Assembly: GCA_965219455.1 (NCBI GenBank)
Contig: OZ244744.1
Span: 3,936,001 to 4,000,000 of the forward strand
Direction of reading: 5' to 3'
From: Candidatus Latescibacterota bacterium
Lineage (GTDB): Bacteria > Latescibacterota > UBA2968 > GCA-2709665
DNA length: 64,000 nucleotides
Shown here: positions 26,293-35,905 of the stretch, in pieces
Layout: each line of letters starts with the position of its first letter
How positions within the stretch are numbered: position 1 is the stretch's first letter
Translations under genes and position numbers: made by a program
Notes under the pieces: generated by a model
Databases searched by the model: none
Told to the model about the DNA's origin: nothing
What the model saw: the letters and a program-made list of their open reading frames with translations, nothing else

Positions 26293-27699
26293 ATGAGTGC
26301 CCAGATCGTTATTGCGGATGACCAGCCCGAAATTCTGGACATGCTCACGCGAAGCCTGCAGGTGGATGGCCGGATCGTGAGGGCCTTTCCGACGGGAAAG
26401 AAGGCCTTTGCATACCTGCGAGAGCACATTTCGGACGTTGACATGGCCATTCTGGATATCGATTTCGGCCCGGCCGAGCCGGACGGTCTGAAAATCCTGC
26501 GGCAGATTCGCGCCCTTGTGCCCGCCTTGCCCGTTATCATCCTTACGGGCAAGGGCACCGTGGAGAACGCAGTAGCCGCCCTGCGCATGGGTGCCTCCGA
26601 CTTTATCGAAAAAGATTTCTATATTGAGGACCGGCTCGAACTCAGCCTGGAAAAACTCGACCGGGTACTTGCCGTCCTTAAGGAGAATGCCCGGCTTCAT
26701 GCCCGGGTAAAGGATCTGGACCGCGAGAATCGTTTCTACCGGGACGAGTTCGGGAAAAAGTACAGGCCGATCAACGCCAGCCCCCAGATGCTGCGGATTA
26801 TGCAGCAGGCCGAGCGTATCGCTTCCATCCCCCGGCCGGTTCTTGTTCTCGGCGAACCCGGCACCGGAAAGGAACTCGTGGCCGCTGCGATCCACTACGG
26901 CGGGGTACGGAGAGATCGTCCTTTCGTTAAAGTCAACTGCGCCGCCCTCTCCGCCAACCTGCTCGAAAGCGAACTTTTCGGCTACGAAAAAGGGGCCTTC
27001 ACCGGAGCTACCGAAGCCCGACCCGGTCGTTTTGAAGCGGCCAACGGCGGTACGCTGTTACTCGACGAAATTGGCAACACCACACCGGAATTCCAGCAGA
27101 ACGTCCTGCGTGCCATCGAATACCAGGAGATTCAACGGGTGGGCGGAGCCACGCCCACCCGCGTGGACGTACGAATCATTGCCGCCACGAATGCCGATCT
27201 TGAACGTGAGATCATCGACGGGCGTTTTCGTCAGGACCTCTTCGACCGCCTGCGCTTTGAAATTATCCGCGTTCCCCCTCTTCGCGACCGGCGTGAAGAT
27301 ATCCAGCCGCTTGCCGGATTTTTCGTTGAACAGATCGTCCGGGAGGTCCCGGGACTCAAGGTCCGTCCGTTTTCGGAAAGCGCCCTCCGCCACCTGTTGG
27401 GCTACCCGTGGCCGGGAAACGTGCGCGAGCTCAAATTCGCCGCCGAACGCGCCACGTGCATGGCAACGGGCGCATCCATCGAAACCCGGGACCTGCCGCC
27501 CGAAATCTCCAGCGGGGCTCCGGCGGCATCGGGAGACGGTTTCGACGCTCAGGTCACGGCCTTTGAACTCGGATTGCTAAGGAGCGCGCTGAGCCGAACG
27601 AACTGGAACCAGCGCAAGGCGGCCGAATCGCTCAGTTTGAGCTACGATCAGTTTCGTCACTTTTACCGAAAGTTCGGACTTGCCAAAGAAAGGTCCTGA
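26293..27699 (+). CDS. Sigma54-dependent response regulator (receiver + PspF-like AAA+ + HTH)
   Basis: Receiver motifs ADD...ILD...LTG...FIEK; GEPGTGKE, GAFTGA, LLDEIG, ATNADL, DLFDRLRF, WPGNVREL; HTH NQRKAAESLSLSYDQFR. Confidence 0.93.
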   Translation: MSAQIVIADDQPEILDMLTRSLQVDGRIVRAFPTGKKAFAYLREHISDVDMAILDIDFGPAEPDGLKILRQIRALVPALPVIILTGKGTVENAVAALRMGASDFIEKDFYIEDRLELSLEKLDRVLAVLKENARLHARVKDLDRENRFYRDEFGKKYRPINASPQMLRIMQQAERIASIPRPVLVLGEPGTGKELVAAAIHYGGVRRDRPFVKVNCAALSANLLESELFGYEKGAFTGATEARPGRFEAANGGTLLLDEIGNTTPEFQQNVLRAIEYQEIQRVGGATPTRVDVRIIAATNADLEREIIDGRFRQDLFDRLRFEIIRVPPLRDRREDIQPLAGFFVEQIVREVPGLKVRPFSESALRHLLGYPWPGNVRELKFAAERATCMATGASIETRDLPPEISSGAPAASGDGFDAQVTAFELGLLRSALSRTNWNQRKAAESLSLSYDQFRHFYRKFGLAKERS

Positions 27700-27729
27700 C
27701 ACGCGTTCTTCATATTAGGAGACCGGAAG

Positions 27730-28518
27730 ATGAATATTGTCGTATTCGGCGCGGCTGGCTGGCTCGGACGGGCGGCGCTGGCCGCTTTGGAGAAAAACCA
27801 TCGGATCCGGGCGTTCGACTTCGGCCCGAAGGCGTGGCGCGCCTGGCAGGACACCGAAGGTGAATGGACGGGCGGCGACGTCGTCCACGGAGATATCGTG
27901 GATTTTGAAGCCGTACACCGTGCCACGGAGGGTATGGACGCCGTTCTGCACATGGCGGTGTACCACTCGAACGATCCGGGCGCCCACGGCGTAGACGACG
28001 TTAAACCCTTCCTCGTCAACGTCAAGGGCCTCTGGAACGTACTGGAATCCGCCCGCCGCCACGGCATCGGGAGGATCGTGCATCTCGGCTCCTGTCAGAC
28101 CGCCCATCCCAGGGGCATCTTCTTCACGGCCGACGTCAGGCGGCCCGACGGCGGCCTTTACGGCGTCACGAAACGCCTTCAGGAAGAAATGTGCCGGCAG
28201 TTCCACGACGCGTTCGGCCTCCGCATTATTGTGCTGCGGCCGGACTACATTGTTGACAGCCGACTCGGTATCGGTCGGTACAAGGAAAAACTTGGTACGG
28301 AAGATCGGCCCTACCGCCAGGGCTGGGTGTGCCGCCACGACCTTGCGGAAGCCTGTCGCCTGAGCCTGGAATCCCAATCCATTGATTTCGACGTTTTCCA
28401 TATCGTGGGAACGCCGGGGGCCGACAGAACCTGCAACGTCGCACGGTCCCGAGAAATACTCGGCCTGGAATACCGGGGAAATCTCGAACAATACCGGACT
28501 GACGCCAGCGTTGAATAG
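27730..28518 (+). CDS. NAD-dependent epimerase/dehydratase (extended SDR)
   Basis: GAAGWLG Rossmann motif, NVKG, YGVTK catalytic YxxxK. Confidence 0.9.
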   Translation: MNIVVFGAAGWLGRAALAALEKNHRIRAFDFGPKAWRAWQDTEGEWTGGDVVHGDIVDFEAVHRATEGMDAVLHMAVYHSNDPGAHGVDDVKPFLVNVKGLWNVLESARRHGIGRIVHLGSCQTAHPRGIFFTADVRRPDGGLYGVTKRLQEEMCRQFHDAFGLRIIVLRPDYIVDSRLGIGRYKEKLGTEDRPYRQGWVCRHDLAEACRLSLESQSIDFDVFHIVGTPGADRTCNVARSREILGLEYRGNLEQYRTDASVE

Positions 28519-28555
28519 AAATAAAACGTGATTTGAAATTCCGGAGGTGGTCCCA

Positions 28556-28981
28556 ATGTCATCCAGGAAAAACGCGCGAATTGCCCGGGAGTCCCTCGAA
28601 GCCGCATTTGCCTCGGACTGGAAACGCCTTCGGGAAACTTACGCCGACGACGCGACCATGGTTGGCGGCGGACTTGACATCCGCGGCGCAGATAACATGG
28701 TGGCGCTCTGGCGGGGCTGCCACGAGGAAGAGCGGGGCCTGCGGCTCGAGATTCTCAACGTTGTCGCCGACGGCGACATGGTCGCTGTGGAGTTTCGCCA
28801 TAAGGGTATTGTAAACCAACCCCTTCCCGGACTGCCCGAAGCGTTATATGGCAAACGGCTCGAAGCGACCGAAGTGCACCTGTGCCGGTTTCGCAACGAC
28901 AAGATTACCGCCGTGACAATCTACGGCGGCGTCTGCGAATCTCCCGACGTCGCGCTGAGACGGGTCTGGGTGGCTGAATAG
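28556..28981 (+). CDS. SnoaL-like / NTF2-family protein
   Basis: YADDA, IRGAD, VVADGDMVAVE, RFRNDKI; GGAGG RBS. Confidence 0.8.
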   Translation: MSSRKNARIARESLEAAFASDWKRLRETYADDATMVGGGLDIRGADNMVALWRGCHEEERGLRLEILNVVADGDMVAVEFRHKGIVNQPLPGLPEALYGKRLEATEVHLCRFRNDKITAVTIYGGVCESPDVALRRVWVAE

Positions 28982-28994
28982 GGAAACCGCTTGT

Positions 28995-30104
28995 ATGCCC
29001 TACCAACAGATCGACCACCGCCATGTCGTCCTCAGACCCCTGGCGGACCGACAAAGCAAATTCTCGGTCGACGAGATCATGGTCGACCCGGACACGCCCG
29101 CTCCCGACCCCGGATTGTCGGCGGACAGGCTCAGGCGCGTTGCTGAGGAAATTCACCGTGCCAGGCGGCGGGGTGCTTCCGTTATGCTGGCCTACGGCGC
29201 GCATCTGGTCAAAAACGGCCTGGGACCCGTTGTGGTCCGCATGATGGAGGCAGGTTGGATCACCCATCTGGCCACCAACGGAGCCGGCACGATTCACGAC
29301 TGGGAATACGCCTTTCAGGGGCGCTCTGAAGAAGACGTTCGGGCAAACGTCGCAGAGGGGTGTTTCGGAACCTGGGAGGAAACGGGTCGCTACATTCATC
29401 TGGCCGTTCTCACCGGCGCGTTGACGGGCATGGGTTACGGAGAATCCCTCGGAAAATTCATCTCCGACAACGGTTGCGACATCCCCGCCCGAAGCGACCT
29501 GGCATCCGCCCTGCGCCGGTGGGCCCACGCCCCCACGGATTCGCCGTCCATGCCGGCGTACGCCGAACTGCTTCACGTCGTCTCACGATTTGACATTCCT
29601 TCCGGCCGCTGCCGGGTAGAACACCCGTTTAAGGAGACTTCCCTTACGGCCCAGGCATACCGTCTCGGAGTTGCGCTTACAGTACATCCGGGCATCGGTT
29701 ACGACATCATCCACAACCACCACCTCGCCAACGGCGCGGCCATCGGTCGAGGCGCGGATATCGACTTTCGGGTGTTCACGCGGGGTGTCGTTGATCTGGA
29801 TGGAGGCGTGTTTCTTTCAATAGGTTCGGCCGTCATGGCGCCGCAGGTCTTTGAAAAAGCCCTTTCGCTGGCCAACAATCTTCGAATACAGGGAAACATG
29901 CGGGTTGTGCGCCCGTTCATTGTTGTCAACGACCTTTCGCCGATGACCTGGGATTGGTCCAGGGGCGAACCGCCGAAAGAAAATCCGGCGTACTATCTCA
30001 GATTTTGCAAGTCATTCAGCCGAATGGGAGGAGAAATGGTATACGTCGACAGCGACAACCGGATCTTTCTGCACAATCTCTATCACATTCTAAAGGGGAT
30101 GTAG
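28995..30104 (+). CDS. Deoxyhypusine-synthase-fold hypothetical protein (GSU2086-like)
   Basis: GAHLVKNGL, LATNGAGTIHDWE, EDV...GCFG.WEETG, HPGIGYDIIH, IGSAVMAPQVFEKA. Confidence 0.6.
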   Translation: MPYQQIDHRHVVLRPLADRQSKFSVDEIMVDPDTPAPDPGLSADRLRRVAEEIHRARRRGASVMLAYGAHLVKNGLGPVVVRMMEAGWITHLATNGAGTIHDWEYAFQGRSEEDVRANVAEGCFGTWEETGRYIHLAVLTGALTGMGYGESLGKFISDNGCDIPARSDLASALRRWAHAPTDSPSMPAYAELLHVVSRFDIPSGRCRVEHPFKETSLTAQAYRLGVALTVHPGIGYDIIHNHHLANGAAIGRGADIDFRVFTRGVVDLDGGVFLSIGSAVMAPQVFEKALSLANNLRIQGNMRVVRPFIVVNDLSPMTWDWSRGEPPKENPAYYLRFCKSFSRMGGEMVYVDSDNRIFLHNLYHILKGM

Positions 30105-30198
30105 CGGACAGCCGAAAGTAGCACCGGACCTGTACCGCCTAACCGCAGGCATGGTCAACCGGCCTGCTTCGCCGCGCATGACTTTCCGGAAAGACGCT

Positions 30199-31371
30199 AT
30201 GGACGCCGTGCCCGAACGCGTTGTCCTCATCCACTACCACGAAATCGGCCTGAAGGGCAAGAACCGCGGCCGCTTCGAACAGCAACTGCTCACCAATATT
30301 TCACGTGCGTTGAAAGGCCTGCCGCGCGGCGCCGTTCGCCGTCTTTCCGGTCGCATTATCCTGGAACTCGCACCAGACGCGGATTTCGGCGCCATCCGGG
30401 AACGCTTGGCCGACGTGTTCGGGATTGCTAATTTTTCCGATGCCGTTCACGTGCCCAACGCCATCGAACGCATACGGGAAGGGGCGTGGGACGTCGTTCG
30501 GAACGTGGACTTCGGCTCTTTCAAGATTGCAGCACGTCGCGGCGACAAGAAATTCCCGCTCACTTCCGAGGAGATCAACCGCGACGTCGGCGCCCATGTC
30601 CAGACACTCTCCCGGGCACGGGTCAAGCTGGATGACCCGGACGTGACCTGTTTCATCGAAGTTTCGTACCAGGGCGCCTTCATCTATACCGGAAAAATTT
30701 CCGGGCCCGGAGGTCTGCCCGTCGGCGCCAACGAGCGTGCCGTCAGTCTGCTGTCCTCGGGGATTGACTCGCCGGTTGCGTCATACAAGACAATGAAACG
30801 CGGTGTGCGGCTCTCGTTCGTACACTTTCACAGCCAGCCGTATACCAACCGAAGCTCCCAGCGCAATACGGAGGAACTCGTCCGCGTGCTGACGCGGTAC
30901 CAGTACCAATCGACGCTGTATCTGGTCCCGTTCGTTGAAATCCAGCGCCGCGTGATGACCCATTCGCCTCCCGGTTACCGGGTGATTTTCTACCGCAGGG
31001 CCATGTTGCGCATTGCCGAAACCATTGCCGAGCGAGAAGGCGCGCAGGCCCTCGTCACGGGCGAAAGTATCGGTCAGGTCGCCTCGCAAACCCTGTCCAA
31101 CATTCGCGCCATCGAGGAGGTGACGCCGCTCCCCCTTCTGCGCCCGCTTTCGGGGGACAACAAAGAGGAAATTATCGATCTCGCCAGGCGCATCGGGACC
31201 TACGATATTTCAATAGAGCCCTATGAAGACTGTTGTACGGTCTTTGTGCCCAAACATCCTGAAACCCGCGCCAACCTGAAGACGGTTCACGAGATCGAAC
31301 CGAAACTCGACCTGCCCCCGCTGATCGAACAGGCACTGAAGGCGACGGACGTGATGACAGTAAAGTACTAG
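30199..31371 (+). CDS. thiI: tRNA 4-thiouridine synthase ThiI
   Basis: YHEIGLKGKNR, THUMP domain, GGLPVG, LLSSGIDSPVA, GESIGQVASQT, EDCC. Confidence 0.95.
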   Translation: MDAVPERVVLIHYHEIGLKGKNRGRFEQQLLTNISRALKGLPRGAVRRLSGRIILELAPDADFGAIRERLADVFGIANFSDAVHVPNAIERIREGAWDVVRNVDFGSFKIAARRGDKKFPLTSEEINRDVGAHVQTLSRARVKLDDPDVTCFIEVSYQGAFIYTGKISGPGGLPVGANERAVSLLSSGIDSPVASYKTMKRGVRLSFVHFHSQPYTNRSSQRNTEELVRVLTRYQYQSTLYLVPFVEIQRRVMTHSPPGYRVIFYRRAMLRIAETIAEREGAQALVTGESIGQVASQTLSNIRAIEEVTPLPLLRPLSGDNKEEIIDLARRIGTYDISIEPYEDCCTVFVPKHPETRANLKTVHEIEPKLDLPPLIEQALKATDVMTVKY

Positions 31372-32291
31372 ATATCCGACGGGTCGCCGCACCTCCCGCC
31401 CACTGCGATCCCGAACTGATCAAAAATGGCGTCCAGCAGGTGCGAGATTGCAGGGCCGAAATAACGGCCCTGGCGCCACGCCACGCCGATTTCGCGGCTG
31501 AATTGTACACCCCTCACCGGTACGGTCACCAGCCCCCCCGACGTCAGGGAATCCCGCACGGTCAGGTGTGGCAGGAAAGAAATACCCACGCCCACCTCAA
31601 CCAGTTTCCGCATGGCCTCGGGGCTTCGCATTTCCATTACCACGCCGGCCGATACTCCGGCCTCGGCGAACCGTTCGTCCACAATTTTACGTGACACCGA
31701 GTCGGCGTGAAACAGAATCAGGGGTTCCTCCGACACCTCCTGCAGGCCAACGGAAGAACGCCGGGAAAATCGATGCGACGCTCCGACAACCAGGGGCATT
31801 GAGTCTCGATAAATGGATACCGTGTTCAATTTCGGATGGATGAACGGCAGCGAAATTACCGCGAATTCAGAACGGTTCAGAAGCAGATCCTCAACCAGGT
31901 ACCTGGAAGGCGCCACCTGTACGGAAAGCGCCAGGTCGGTCCAATCCCGTATATACGCCTTCAGGATTTCCGGCAGCAGGTAGGTCACGGCCGCGTCGAT
32001 CGCCCCGAACTGAAATCCTTCGCCCGGCAGGACGTCTCGGCGTTTCAGCCGATCTTCAGTCGATTCCACCAGATCCTGGATCTGTATTCCGTAATTCGCC
32101 AGCGTTCTCCCCTCCATTGTCAACCCGACGTGGCGGCTGTCCCGGTTGAAAAGGCGGACCCCCAGCGAGCGCTCCAGGTCGGCCACCCCGCTGCTGACGG
32201 TGGGCTGCGTTACGTGCAGTTCTCGCGCAGCCCGGCTGAAGCTGTTCGCGCGGGCTACGGCCAGGAAATATTTCAGGTGCTGCAGGTTCAT
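31368..32291 (-). CDS. LysR-family transcriptional regulator
   Basis: LKYFLAVA...SFSRAARELHVTQPTVS...LE..LGVRLFNR. Confidence 0.95.
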   Translation of the reverse strand: MNLQHLKYFLAVARANSFSRAARELHVTQPTVSSGVADLERSLGVRLFNRDSRHVGLTMEGRTLANYGIQIQDLVESTEDRLKRRDVLPGEGFQFGAIDAAVTYLLPEILKAYIRDWTDLALSVQVAPSRYLVEDLLLNRSEFAVISLPFIHPKLNTVSIYRDSMPLVVGASHRFSRRSSVGLQEVSEEPLILFHADSVSRKIVDERFAEAGVSAGVVMEMRSPEAMRKLVEVGVGISFLPHLTVRDSLTSGGLVTVPVRGVQFSREIGVAWRQGRYFGPAISHLLDAIFDQFGIAVGGRCGDPSDI

Positions 32292-32317
32292 AAACACCCC
32301 CTCGGACCGAGAGATCT

Positions 32318-32332
32318 ATAGAAAATGTCTAT
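32318..32332. promoter_or_regulatory. LysR recognition box in the divergent lysR/ino1 promoter
   Basis: ATAG-N7-CTAT palindrome (T-N11-A) in an AT-rich spacer; TTGTCA-N16-TATCTT at 32355-32382 faces ino1. Confidence 0.6.
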
Positions 32333-32437
32333 AAATAATATAGTAATTATTCATTTGTCAAATATATAAAAATTCCTATCTTTTACCCCTGTTTATGTTC
32401 ATGACGGCAGATTTTCACCCATTTCAGGAGTTTCTCA

Positions 32438-33520
32438 ATGGCCGGAAAAGTCCGGGTTGCCATCGTCGGCGTGGGCAACTGCGCATCTTCTCTCGTTCAG
32501 GGCGTCCACTATTATAGGGATGCTGACAAAGAAAGCTTTATACCTGGCCTGATGCATCCCGAACTGGGTGGCTATCACGTCAGCGATATCGAATTCTCCG
32601 CAGCGTTCGACATCGACAGGAACAAGGTCGGCAAAGACCTCAGCGAGGCGATCTTCACCGACCCCAATAATACCGTCAAATTTGCGGATGTTCCTCACCT
32701 CGACGTGCCCGTTCAGCGCGGCATGACCCACGACGGCCTGGGTCGGTATCTCAGCCAGGTCATAAAGAAGGCGGACGGCAGTACCGTGGATGTGGCGGAG
32801 GTCCTGAAAGTCACGGGAACCGACGTGGTTGTCAACTATCTCCCGGTAGGCAGCGAAGAAGCCACGAAGTGGTACGTCGAGCAGGTTCTTCAAGCCGGCT
32901 GCGGTTTTGTCAACTGCGTGCCCGTCTTTATTGCGAGCGCGGGGCACTGGCCCGAACGCTTTGAAAAGCGCGGCCTTCCCATCATCGGAGACGATATCAA
33001 GTCACAGGTCGGCGCCACCATCGCCCACCGGGTACTCACCCGGCTCTTCCGTGAACGAGGCGTAAAGCTTATGCGCACCTACCAGCTGAACTTCGGCGGG
33101 AATACCGATTTCTACAACATGCTGGAACGTTCCCGACTCGAATCCAAGAAGATCAGCAAAACCAACGCCGTTACCTCTCAGCTGGACTACAACATGGGAG
33201 AGGAGAATGTGCACGTCGGTCCGAGCGATCATGTGCCGTGGCTGGAAGACAGGAAATGGTGCCACATTCGGATGGAGGGTGAGACGTTTGGCGGCGTACC
33301 GCTCAACCTGGAACTGAAGCTGGAAGTCTGGGACTCGCCCAACTCCGCCGGCGTGGTTATCGACGCGGTTCGTTGCTGCAAGCTGGGCCTCGAGCACGGG
33401 CTTAAGGGACCATTGCCGGGTCCCTCCTCCTACTTTATGAAGACCCCGCCCGAACAGTTCAGCGACGATGAGGCTCGGGAACTGGTGGAAGATTTCATTC
33501 TTCAATACGGACGGAAATAG
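32438..33520 (+). CDS. ino1: myo-Inositol-1-phosphate synthase
   Basis: [47 protein letters not shown]. Confidence 0.96.
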   Translation: MAGKVRVAIVGVGNCASSLVQGVHYYRDADKESFIPGLMHPELGGYHVSDIEFSAAFDIDRNKVGKDLSEAIFTDPNNTVKFADVPHLDVPVQRGMTHDGLGRYLSQVIKKADGSTVDVAEVLKVTGTDVVVNYLPVGSEEATKWYVEQVLQAGCGFVNCVPVFIASAGHWPERFEKRGLPIIGDDIKSQVGATIAHRVLTRLFRERGVKLMRTYQLNFGGNTDFYNMLERSRLESKKISKTNAVTSQLDYNMGEENVHVGPSDHVPWLEDRKWCHIRMEGETFGGVPLNLELKLEVWDSPNSAGVVIDAVRCCKLGLEHGLKGPLPGPSSYFMKTPPEQFSDDEARELVEDFILQYGRK

Positions 33521-33563
33521 AGGATCCACACCGGTGTGCGACAGGGGTAGTCGTTAATTCAAC

Positions 33564-33599
33564 CAGAAAGGGCCGCCAAATGCCAGGCGGCCCTTTCTG
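33564..33599. terminator. Bidirectional intrinsic terminator
   Basis: Perfect 14-bp stem CAGAAAGGGCCGCC / GGCGGCCCTTTCTG between convergent genes. Confidence 0.8.
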
Positions 33600-33625
33600 T
33601 ATCTGCGTTCTCCACTCCGCATATC

Positions 33626-35905
33626 TTAAGTGGTGTCAAAAACCATCACCACGAGGATGTCCCCTCCGTCCTGCTGGACGGCCACACCCCAGTGTGTCCA
33701 TTCCTTACCCAGAATTCCCCTTCTGTGTGCCGCGCTCAGCATCATAAATGTATATACCTCCTCGACGGAAGGACCCCGGGCGAAACTCTCCGCGCCCCCT
33801 TGCGTCCGATCGGGCGTGAAGGCGTCGGACGAAAGTACGTCCCATATTTTTGCCCGGGCGAACTCCATCAGCCGCGGATGCGACTCGAGGATCGGCAATT
33901 CCAGACGGCTGCGCGCCGCATGGATCATCTGTGCAAGCCGGTCTCGGGCATCATCCGCGTCCCGAAACGGAATGACCGCAAGGACCATCTTTCCAAGCGG
34001 TGGCGGATCCCCTACGACCAGCGGCCGGTCTTCGACCACGACGGATCCGAGGGTGAGTTGCGCCAGGACCTGCACCCGGTAATGACCGGATGTTGCAAAA
34101 ACACTTTCCGGAAACACGCCGTGAAAGCGTTCTTTCTCACGTTCGACGGGAATTTCAAAAACATCCCCATCGGGCAACCGGAAAACCGCCACCCGAAGGT
34201 GTTCGACGTCGGAATGTACGGCGCCAGCCACCGTGAGGCGATCCTCCGGCTCCAGCCGTCCGGGCGTCTCATCGATTTCGGCAAGATCAGCTTTTATGGA
34301 ACCCCAGTACCTGTAGGCGTTGACGAACGTCTTGATCTGCGTCCCATCCGGAAACGCCTCAACCTGGTTGCCTTCGGCGTCGCTCTGAGAACGCCGGCCA
34401 TCCGGAAACATCTCCAGCCGGTTGCCCTGAGCGTCGGTCTGTACCTCCCGGCCATCCGGAAACACCTCCAGACGGACGCCGTCCGCGCCGGTTTGCGCCT
34501 CACGCCCGTCGGGAAATATCTCCACGACCAGTCCGTCTGCGTGGTGTTCCACGCGGGTGCCGTCCGGCTTCCGGATCACCGTGGAACCATCCTTCAAAAC
34601 CGTTCGCCGGGTCCCGTCAATAAAGAACTCCACCCGCTCGCCGTCCGGGCCCCGTTGCACGCGCCGCCCGTCCGCGAATTCCTCGAGTACGGTCCCGTCC
34701 GCGGAGACGGTCAGCCGACGGCCATTCGGGAATACCGTCACGCGGTGGCCTTCGCTGGTTACGGCCACCCTTCGCCCGTCCGCATGCCGCGTTTCCCTCA
34801 TTCCCTCGGGAAGGGTCATCTCCACGGTTCCATTCTTGCGTTTAACGTGAAGGGTGCCGTCCGCAAACCGCGTCTTCTCCGTGCCATCCGGAAAAATCGT
34901 CCGCTTTGTTCCGGTCTTGAAGCGTTGGACGATCCGCCCGTCGGCAAACCGCTCTTCCCGATTTCCGTCCGCAAACGCGGCGGCGATTCTTCCGTCGGGA
35001 TGCGTCACCTGCACATTGCCCCTCACGTCGGTCATCTCGATCCTGCCGTCGGCATAGTATTTTTCTCGTGCCCCGTCGGGCAATGTCACTTCCACGCGTC
35101 CGTCGGGGAAAACCATTCGTTGCCTGCCATCCGGAAACGTGGTCCACTCGCGACCGTCTCTGTATTTTCGCTTGCGCAGGCCCGAACCGGGCATCGTCTT
35201 GCTTCTGGGTTTTGGCCACACGCCTGCCAGTACCCGCAGATACCCCTCCGGAGGCATCTCGGCGCGTTCGCCAGACCGGTGCCGGACTCTGGGAAACAGA
35301 CTCTGATGGATACCCAGGACATCCTCCAGAAGCAGCCGGTTTTCAACCGGACTTCCGCCAGGCAAAGCCAGTTCGTTATATACGGCGGGATGCAGGTGCA
35401 GATACAAATACTGAAATCTGCCCAGCGTATCGCCGTTGCCGACCACCGTGCCGTCTCCAATCACGACGGCAACCATCACCCCCGCGATGGTCCGGCCTTC
35501 GGACAGCCATCCTGTCGAAACCCGATATTCCCTGTCCTGCCACCGGACGGTCAGGTTTTCTATGGACCATACCGTATCCATCCGCACCGCGTAATTCCGA
35601 AACGGCACGAGGATCAGATCCCGTGCGACGACCCGGGGCGACGAAACCAGAGGCCACCACGACCGGTTCGTCTCCTCGTTGGTCGCGCTGTCCCGCCCCA
35701 CCCGGATCAACTTTCCTTCGGAAACGACAGCTTCCCCCGTATATCCGCCCGCGGCTTCCACGTAATCGCCCACGGTCCATTCCGGCCGGTGGATGTACGG
35801 ACCTGGACGCTCCACGGCGCCGGACAGGGTAACCACGGGCTCTTCTCCCGCACAAGCCGACAGAACCAATGTCAGTGCGAGCCAGGCTGGCAGGTTTCTT
35901 TTCAT
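33626..35905 (-). CDS. Lipoprotein with SLBB domain, Tcp10-like xxPDG repeat array and C-terminal CAP domain
   Basis: Lipobox LSAC; SGAVERPG...VEAAGG (SLBB); ~9-aa repeats FPDG/FADG/LPDG; SAAHRRGIL...HWGVAV (CAP). Confidence 0.8.
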   Translation of the reverse strand: MKRNLPAWLALTLVLSACAGEEPVVTLSGAVERPGPYIHRPEWTVGDYVEAAGGYTGEAVVSEGKLIRVGRDSATNEETNRSWWPLVSSPRVVARDLILVPFRNYAVRMDTVWSIENLTVRWQDREYRVSTGWLSEGRTIAGVMVAVVIGDGTVVGNGDTLGRFQYLYLHLHPAVYNELALPGGSPVENRLLLEDVLGIHQSLFPRVRHRSGERAEMPPEGYLRVLAGVWPKPRSKTMPGSGLRKRKYRDGREWTTFPDGRQRMVFPDGRVEVTLPDGAREKYYADGRIEMTDVRGNVQVTHPDGRIAAAFADGNREERFADGRIVQRFKTGTKRTIFPDGTEKTRFADGTLHVKRKNGTVEMTLPEGMRETRHADGRRVAVTSEGHRVTVFPNGRRLTVSADGTVLEEFADGRRVQRGPDGERVEFFIDGTRRTVLKDGSTVIRKPDGTRVEHHADGLVVEIFPDGREAQTGADGVRLEVFPDGREVQTDAQGNRLEMFPDGRRSQSDAEGNQVEAFPDGTQIKTFVNAYRYWGSIKADLAEIDETPGRLEPEDRLTVAGAVHSDVEHLRVAVFRLPDGDVFEIPVEREKERFHGVFPESVFATSGHYRVQVLAQLTLGSVVVEDRPLVVGDPPPLGKMVLAVIPFRDADDARDRLAQMIHAARSRLELPILESHPRLMEFARAKIWDVLSSDAFTPDRTQGGAESFARGPSVEEVYTFMMLSAAHRRGILGKEWTHWGVAVQQDGGDILVVMVFDTT
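34325..35173 (-). repeat. Intragenic ~27-nt (9-aa) degenerate tandem repeat array
   Basis: About 30 units such as TTFPDG-RQR, MVFPDG-RVE, EVFPDG-REV, QTDAQG-NRL. Confidence 0.85.

Noticed and set aside
34325-35173. 27/54-nt periodic repeats as a CRISPR array
   Set aside because: Degenerate at synonymous positions, no unique spacers, in frame within a CDS, and no cas genes nearby.
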